The notes under the pieces: model-generated
Told to the model about the DNA's origin: nothing
Databases searched by the model: none
What the model saw: only the letters and a program-made list of their open reading frames with translations
In this document: in pieces, positions 58,776 through 64,000 of the stretch
Layout: the number at the start of each line of letters is the position of its first letter
Position numbering within the stretch: the stretch's first letter is position 1
Program-made: the position numbers and the translations under genes
Assembly: GCA_964607285.1 (NCBI GenBank)
Contig: CAZSJW010000002.1
Span: 5,669-69,668, forward strand
Direction of reading: 5' to 3'
DNA length: 64,000 nt
DNA from: an uncultured Pseudomonadales bacterium
Lineage (GTDB): Bacteria; Patescibacteriota; Microgenomatia; UBA1400; PJMF01

Positions 58776-59070
58776 AATCCTGACTATGGTGGTGGCGGCA
58801 TCAGCGGTTATCCCAATGGTGGTGGTGGCGGAAGTGGTGGTTCTGGCGGAGGATCTGGCGGAGGATCTGGCAGTGGCACCTGTACTCTTGGACAAGGTCT
58901 CCTCAACGACGGCGGTGCTGGTAACTACTGCACACAAGGTGCGGCTATGGTTGAGTGTCACGGCCCAGACACTCACCCAAATGGGAGCTATACTTATAAC
59001 CACTACGATCCTTGTTACTGTATAGACGGCACACAGTATCAACGACCTAATTACGATTTTGGTTCATGTT
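58776..59070 (+). other. In-frame, stop-free 98-codon extension beyond the TGA of 58386..58775, encoding a Gly/Ser linker plus a 6-Cys module; no start codon of its own
   Basis: Translation NPDYGGGGISGYPNGGGGGSGGSGGGSGGGSGSGTCTLGQGLLNDGGAGNYCTQGAAMVECHGPDTHPNGSYTYNHYDPCYCIDGTQYQRPNYDFGSC*. Same frame as the upstream pilin gene. The first in-frame ATG is at codon ~65 and has no RBS. Confidence 0.4.
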
Positions 59071-59075
59071 AAAAC

Positions 59076-59110
59076 TTGACTCTAAGATCGCTAACTCTGT
59101 ATAATGAATT
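59076..59110 (+). promoter_or_regulatory. Near-consensus sigma-70-type promoter upstream of pilin paralog 9
   Basis: TTGACT (59076-59081), 18-nt spacer, TATAAT (59100-59105), followed by a second TGTTATAAT. RBS AGGAG 7 nt before the ATG at 59169. Confidence 0.5.
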
Positions 59111-59168
59111 GGTACTCTGTTATAATAATTACAACAACGTACATAAGTACGATACAATAAGGAGCGCA

Positions 59169-59573
59169 ATGAAAAATGCCTTAAGAAAAATTTCTACTCT
59201 GGGAGCCAGTGTTAGTGCTGGACTTCTTACTGTAGTCTCTGCCGTACAAGCTCAGGGTGTGGACATCGCTCCAATCAACCCAGGACAAGGCTTCTTCGAC
59301 GACGTAGGTGTACTGATCAACGGCTTATTGAGTTTCGTTATGGTTCTTGCAGCACTACTCGTTTTTATGTACCTCATCTGGGGTGGCATCGAATGGATCA
59401 CATCTGGTGGCGACAAAGGCAAGACAGAGTCAGCACGTAATAAAATTACCTCAGCTGTTATCGGTTTGATTGTCTTGGCTGCTTCGTATGCCATCTTGCT
59501 ACTCGTCCTAAGCTTCTTAGGCTTCGGTAGCTTGAATGACGTCTTCGATAACATTAAACCTGTAGCAAACTAA
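59169..59573 (+). CDS. Pilin-like two-helix protein, paralog 9
   Basis: ATG at 59169 with an AGGAG RBS; the ORF-track TTG start at 59076 is the promoter -35. Signal peptide MKNALRKISTLGASVSAGLLTVVSAVQA. Module ...LLVFMYLIWGGIEWITSGGDKGKTESARNKITSAVIGLIVLAASYAIL. Confidence 0.55.
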   Translation: MKNALRKISTLGASVSAGLLTVVSAVQAQGVDIAPINPGQGFFDDVGVLINGLLSFVMVLAALLVFMYLIWGGIEWITSGGDKGKTESARNKITSAVIGLIVLAASYAILLLVLSFLGFGSLNDVFDNIKPVAN

Positions 59574-59594
59574 TATATTACTACACAACTCAAA

Positions 59595-59624
59595 CCCTCC
59601 GTTGCAAAACGGAGGGTTTTTTGT
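59595..59624 (+). terminator. Rho-independent terminator after pilin paralog 9
   Basis: CCCTCCGTTgcaaaAACGGAGGG followed by TTTTTTGTTG (9-bp stem, 5-nt loop, T-run). Confidence 0.7.
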
Positions 59625-59685
59625 TGAAACAGAACGTTTTCATTACTACTAGGCAGTACTGATATATTTTTATATACTACCGCTC

Positions 59686-60276
59686 ATGTCAAAAGGTGGT
59701 TCAATCATTGCTACAACAATCCTTTTTTTGGGTTTGGTGCTGTACAGTACCCAATCGGTCTTTGCATCGGTGAGCTCAGAACACAACATTATTCGGGGAG
59801 CAGATGGCGTGATCTACATATCTACAGAACTTAATGACACCCAAGAGTTGAGCAACATACCCTCTAATTTAAAGTCAAATCAAACTCCCGCCCCCTCACA
59901 AATTGACCAGACTAAACCTTCACCTGCCACTCCTTCTGCTACTCCAAATTCCACTCGCAAAATCAAAGGAGTTAAACCAATAACTATGCCTGAGGGGTTT
60001 TTTGCAAATATTACAACACTAATTAACGGATTACTGCGCGTAGTATTCCTAATAGCTACGTTACTCACTTTTTTGTTTCTCCTGCGTGGTGGTTTCTCCT
60101 GGATTACATCTGGGGGTGATCGAGGCAAACTTGAAAGTGCTAGAAGTACCATACTTGCTGCAGTCATTGGATTGATAATCGTAAGTGCCAGCTACGCCAT
60201 TCTCACCATAGTGATCCAACTAATTGGTTTCAATTCCCTAGAACAAGTATTCCAACAAGGGCTCACTCGCCAGTGA
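59686..60276 (+). CDS. Pilin-like two-helix protein, paralog 10 (Pro/Ser/Thr-rich head)
   Basis: Signal peptide; head QTPAPSQIDQTKPSPATPSATPNSTRK. Module ...LLTFLFLLRGGFSWITSGGDRGKLESARSTILAAVIGLIIVSASYAIL. Confidence 0.5.
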   Translation: MSKGGSIIATTILFLGLVLYSTQSVFASVSSEHNIIRGADGVIYISTELNDTQELSNIPSNLKSNQTPAPSQIDQTKPSPATPSATPNSTRKIKGVKPITMPEGFFANITTLINGLLRVVFLIATLLTFLFLLRGGFSWITSGGDRGKLESARSTILAAVIGLIIVSASYAILTIVIQLIGFNSLEQVFQQGLTRQ

Positions 60277-60305
60277 TCATAAGACTTGCTATAATGGAAA
60301 TATAT

Positions 60306-60746
60306 ATGAAATCATTCCTTGCCAAATCCAAAAAAATTCTCTCTGCAACCACTGCCTACCTTGCGCCACAAATAGCATCACTCGTGATTGCAACACAGGT
60401 ACACGCGCAGTCTGAATGGACGGGAGTCTGCGTGGGCGGAGGATCTGAAGACCCCAGTGTCAAGGATGTAGCAACAATTCAAGGGTTAGAGTGTTTGATT
60501 GCAAATGTATTTAGTGTTGCAATCACCTTGATTGGACTTGCAGGTTTTGTGATGTTCATAATTGGTTCATTTCGCTGGCTAGCATCTGGGGGCAACTCAA
60601 AACAAATCGAAACTGCCAAAGGCAGCATGACCTATGCAGTTGTGGGACTCGTAACTTCGCTGAGTGCATTTATAGTTATAGAGTTACTTGCCTCTTTCAC
60701 TGGGGTAACCATTCTTCGCACCTTTAGCATCCCAACCTCTAACTAA
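60306..60746 (+). CDS. Pilin-like two-helix protein, paralog 11
   Basis: ATG at 60306 with TATAAT at 60290-60295. Signal peptide; head with Cys (GVCVGGGSEDPS…GLECL). Module ...FVMFIIGSFRWLASGGNSKQIETAKGSMTYAVVGLVTSLSAFIVIE. Confidence 0.5.
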   Translation: MKSFLAKSKKILSATTAYLAPQIASLVIATQVHAQSEWTGVCVGGGSEDPSVKDVATIQGLECLIANVFSVAITLIGLAGFVMFIIGSFRWLASGGNSKQIETAKGSMTYAVVGLVTSLSAFIVIELLASFTGVTILRTFSIPTSN

Positions 60747-60783
60747 CTGAACATACAGAGCATTATCCAGTATAATAAGTACC

Positions 60784-63700
60784 ATGCGTGCAGCAGCCAT
60801 TGCTCTCCTAGCATTTTTTTATCTTAGTATTGTGCCTCTTTTAGTGCCTGCGCAAGCACAATCTGGTGCTGCTGCCACACTGGCTGCAGACATTGATGAA
60901 TTTTTCTCCCGAGGAGCTACTGGTTTTATTGTTTGGCAATACGGTGGTGACTACAACGGCAGGCAAATTGCAGTCGACCAATTCACTTTTTACCGTGACA
61001 GAGACACTGAAATATGTGCTGTCATGAAAGAAAAAGCCTCTGCAAACCCTGGAAAATTTATTGGCGTCAATATCAATAATATTGGTGCTATTGAATTTAC
61101 GGGTGGCGTGGCTACAGACCACTTTACATGGTTAAAGGCAAATTGTGGTGTGAGCGTGGTTCGTGTGTTTGCAAAGATCGAGGGTGCTGCGGGTGTACAA
61201 AATGCCCTCACCGCTGGTGAGCAAGCAGGAGTACAAATACTTGTTGCTATTGGTGACTATAGCAACGGTGGTGGTGGTATGCCGCAAGGTGCAGACCAGT
61301 CTTGGTACGAAACAGGCTACAAAGGTGAGTACCAAGCACTTGTGCAACAGCTGGCCGCACTCAAAGGCCATTCTGCGCTATACGGTTTTGAACTTGCAAA
61401 TGAGCCACACTGTGGCGGCAACGCCGCGGCAATTGAAGCCTACAAAAACTGGGGAATTGCCATTAGTGCGCTTTTAGGACATCCAAAAGTAGGATATGGC
61501 CAGATGGCAAGCCAAAATACTACCAGATGTGATAGTCCAGGTCCTGGTGACTTTTCTATCACCAATGCTGTGCCTGGCATAACAATGACCTCAGCACATT
61601 ACTACTCTACTCAAGAAAAAGCCAATGCTCTTTTAGCATTGACACAAAGCTTGCAAATTGGCAAACCGTTCTACATTGGAGAAGCACCACCAGGAGATAT
61701 TGGAGCAGAAGGAAGTACCTACAATGCTGATGACGCCTGGTACTACCTCCACCCTATTCGTGGTGTATCTCCAGGTGGAAATGTCCCTGAAAGATCTACG
61801 GATATCATTCGTGAAGACCTTGCCAATCAAGGCTACCAAACATACTGTGCTGCATCCGATGCAACAATCAAGCTTGAGGTGAATACTGTGGATATTATGG
61901 AACGCTTTATTTCCTTGTACGGTGGTGTGGATCTTGAAACCACCTCGACCTACGATCAAAGTACCATGAACAGTCGCACTCCTTTGTACCGTGATGTTGG
62001 CGGAAAGCGATTTTACAACTCCTCCATCGAGGAGTATTTTGGCTACATAGATAGCATCAATGAGTCCCCTAGTCGGTCTGAAATTCAAACTGCACCTGTA
62101 AACTCATTACTATCAGCTGAACAGCGCTGCATTCAATCAGTCAGTGCGCTGACAGCCGCTGAACTCATGTGTGAACGGCTCAAAGATTGGGAGAAATGCG
62201 CCTTGTTCTCCAGACCAGTTCCCACTACGGACTGGAATGTGAAACAGCTACTTGAGAAAATTGGTGCCGTTATGGAACACAGAGCTGGTGGCATATCTGC
62301 TGGGTGTAGGAAGCTTTTTGGCGGTACTGGTTCTACAGAAAGCTATACAGAACTGCAAAAAGCAATCCTTAACACGCCATACTACTTGGACAGGTCATAT
62401 CGTTTAGGATTTCTCGTCACAACCATTGAATATAAACGATACAACCCACCCGATCTTTTCAACTTTTTCTCAGCGAAACATCGTGGTAATGATGCTGCAC
62501 AAGAAGACCCAAGACATGAAGTTTTAATCACTGCATTCAAAATTCCCGATATCCTCACAAACAAAGGTGGCGGTGAAACAAGCGGACATACGTACTGGGA
62601 TGATCCAGCCATGATCACTCGTAATACCTTAGTCCCCAAAAAAACAGGTTTTGATGTGTTCAAGCAAGGAGCGGAAACACTGCGAAATGAAACTAAGGCC
62701 ATGGCTAAGGCAGCAAGTAACCAAACAAGCAGTTCTACTATTTACTGCATCAAAAACGGTGTCGGAAGTCCCGCTTGTCAGGACGAGCTCGGAAAAGCCA
62801 TTGTCGATTTGATAAACGGCAGAAGCCCTAGCTGTGATGCCAATACAGATGAGCCAGTTTCCGAGATAAGCGATTCAGGCCAAATTCCGTTTGGTATTGT
62901 ACCCGTAACGGATTCAGGATTACTTTTTAGACCTGGATATGGGTTTGGAGAAGAACTTTTTGTAGAATTATTCAAAAATTATGACGATTTAACTAGTCAA
63001 AACCCACATCTTGCTAAAACAGATCCAGTGTTATCACTTTTTAAAATTGCAGGTGGCTGGCAACTCGGTCCAACGGCGCAGGCCAAGTTCTACCTCGTCT
63101 ATCCAATGGGGTATGAACTTGAAGAAGTGACAAACGTACTGCAAGGCACCTTTTTCACTGCTGAACAAATCAGCACCCTCACTTCCAAAGATCCGCCAGC
63201 AGATCGTTTTGAACTAAAAAATGTCAGTAGCGGCTTGAGCGGAGGAACTGCAAGTAAATCCTTCCCTGATACAACTGATCCAGGAAGCTGTCAGCCTGTG
63301 ATCAATCCCACCACTGGCCTTCCGTTCAGAGACCCAGAAACTGGTCAGATTGTTACGAAGTGTCCAGAAAAGGAATTTTCATTAAGTATCTTACAAACTG
63401 GTGGGGGCGGCAGCGCGCTCACAGGAGCTAGACTAGGATACTGGTTGCGCAAGCTGCAACTTACCCTGAACCCAATTTTTACCAAATCATATGCGTATAT
63501 CCAATCTTGCAGAACGACGGAACAGTTTCTTTTGGGCACTTGTGCTGGAGGACCTGTGCTGACGCCATCGTATGGTAATGGTTCAGCATCCGATCCCAAC
63601 TGTGGCATTGGTTTTCCAACTGGGGATGAGATCAACCCGCCATACGAAGCACAGTCTCCACTTGTAGCTGGTATTACCCAAGTACCAAAAACACCATACT

Positions 63701-64000
63701 TCGGTCGAGCTATGTACTACGGGAAAGGGTTAATGAACCAGGTACTGGAAAATAGACGAGCTCAATTTCCAGAAAGCATGGTCAAGGACTGCGAAAATGG
63801 AACTGATCCCAAATATATCGGGTGCGTTGCACTACTGAGAGCTGGAGATATGGGTCGTGAGATTTGGATGCAACGTCCTGGGCAAGAGCCTGAAGGGCCA
63901 TTCTTAGTTATAGACGTGGCTTCGAAAAAAGATATTTCCTGTTTACTTTCCAGAGAGTGGATTGTTGACATAGACTGGCGAACTGCTGAACGCTGGGGTA
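60784..64000 (+). CDS. Very large secreted protein with an N-terminal glycoside hydrolase family 5-like (TIM-barrel) domain; 3' end beyond the window
   Basis: Signal peptide MRAAAIALLAFFYLSIVPLLVPAQA. GH5-like acid/base motif GFELANEPHCGG (NEP). The ORF stays open for >1070 codons to the window edge. It is missing from the ORF track, presumably because no stop lies within the window. Confidence 0.55.
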   Translation, partial: MRAAAIALLAFFYLSIVPLLVPAQAQSGAAATLAADIDEFFSRGATGFIVWQYGGDYNGRQIAVDQFTFYRDRDTEICAVMKEKASANPGKFIGVNINNIGAIEFTGGVATDHFTWLKANCGVSVVRVFAKIEGAAGVQNALTAGEQAGVQILVAIGDYSNGGGGMPQGADQSWYETGYKGEYQALVQQLAALKGHSALYGFELANEPHCGGNAAAIEAYKNWGIAISALLGHPKVGYGQMASQNTTRCDSPGPGDFSITNAVPGITMTSAHYYSTQEKANALLALTQSLQIGKPFYIGEAPPGDIGAEGSTYNADDAWYYLHPIRGVSPGGNVPERSTDIIREDLANQGYQTYCAASDATIKLEVNTVDIMERFISLYGGVDLETTSTYDQSTMNSRTPLYRDVGGKRFYNSSIEEYFGYIDSINESPSRSEIQTAPVNSLLSAEQRCIQSVSALTAAELMCERLKDWEKCALFSRPVPTTDWNVKQLLEKIGAVMEHRAGGISAGCRKLFGGTGSTESYTELQKAILNTPYYLDRSYRLGFLVTTIEYKRYNPPDLFNFFSAKHRGNDAAQEDPRHEVLITAFKIPDILTNKGGGETSGHTYWDDPAMITRNTLVPKKTGFDVFKQGAETLRNETKAMAKAASNQTSSSTIYCIKNGVGSPACQDELGKAIVDLINGRSPSCDANTDEPVSEISDSGQIPFGIVPVTDSGLLFRPGYGFGEELFVELFKNYDDLTSQNPHLAKTDPVLSLFKIAGGWQLGPTAQAKFYLVYPMGYELEEVTNVLQGTFFTAEQISTLTSKDPPADRFELKNVSSGLSGGTASKSFPDTTDPGSCQPVINPTTGLPFRDPETGQIVTKCPEKEFSLSILQTGGGGSALTGARLGYWLRKLQLTLNPIFTKSYAYIQSCRTTEQFLLGTCAGGPVLTPSYGNGSASDPNCGIGFPTGDEINPPYEAQSPLVAGITQVPKTPYFGRAMYYGKGLMNQVLENRRAQFPESMVKDCENGTDPKYIGCVALLRAGDMGREIWMQRPGQEPEGPFLVIDVASKKDISCLLSREWIVDIDWRTAERWG

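Noticed and set aside
58741-59042. ORF-track entries 58741..59025 (+, 94 aa) and 58770..59042 (-, 90 aa)
   Set aside because: Both are alternate-frame or antisense shadows of the Gly-codon-rich (GGN)n linker region. Their translations are low-complexity Val/Ala or Thr/Ala runs with no start context. The frame continuous with the upstream pilin gene is the one with protein-like sequence.
1-64000. Genome-wide UGA=Gly recoding (genetic code 25), which would explain the in-frame extension at 58773
   Set aside because: Long ORFs such as hsdR (969 aa), the 1267-aa ORF and the ABC genes are intact under the standard code, and TGA stops occur in this window (e.g. 58773, 60274-60276). A global reassignment is therefore unlikely, and the extension is treated as local read-through or a mutation instead.

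Overview
This 64-kb window reads as a small, low-GC (~42%) bacterial genome with three accessory regions flanked by housekeeping genes. Standard code 11 applies; TGA is a stop in the long ORFs.

Accessory region 1 (291-3756): two large membrane-anchored surface proteins with Pro/Thr/Ser linkers and tandem ~40-aa six-cysteine modules.

Accessory region 2 (8.2-24.8 kb): a tightly packed type I R-M operon on the minus strand (hsdM with an N-terminal HTH, a 158-aa ORF, hsdS, hsdR, a DUF45-like hydrolase). A cGAS/DncV-like nucleotidyltransferase and a two-TM protein sit between hsdS and hsdR. I read this pair as a minimal CBASS-like signalling module embedded in the R-M operon; it is the best candidate for a novel composite defence system. 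Next to it is a putative integrative element (17.8-24.8 kb) with a tyrosine recombinase, a stand-alone RarA C-terminal-domain protein, an XRE repressor, an iteron-like repeat region and a large serine recombinase. The serine recombinase's 3' end overlaps a minus-strand tRNA with anticodon UAU as read.

Housekeeping genes: the pgk 3' end, an ABC exporter, a MacAB-like efflux triad, a HAD hydrolase, lgt, a GH3 NagZ-like enzyme, pth, a GT2 glycosyltransferase, an ATP-dependent DNA ligase, Fic, a YjeF-C dehydratase, recF and a SpoIID-domain protein.

Accessory region 3 (50.9-60.7 kb): eleven paralogous secreted proteins that share a C-terminal two-helix TrbC/VirB2-like pilin-fold module with a conserved 'W-I-T-S-G-G-D...K...A-R' loop and carry variable Cys-containing N-terminal heads. 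The array is split by an ECF sigma / anti-sigma / IDI / isopentenyl-phosphate kinase / UppS operon. One paralog ends at a TGA that is followed in-frame by a 98-codon stop-free Gly-Ser linker plus a Cys-rich module. The array is followed by a >1070-aa secreted protein with a GH5-like domain, truncated at the window end. A membrane-anchored VirB4/VirD4-family ATPase lies at 33.4-35.8 kb. No rRNA and no CRISPR array were found.
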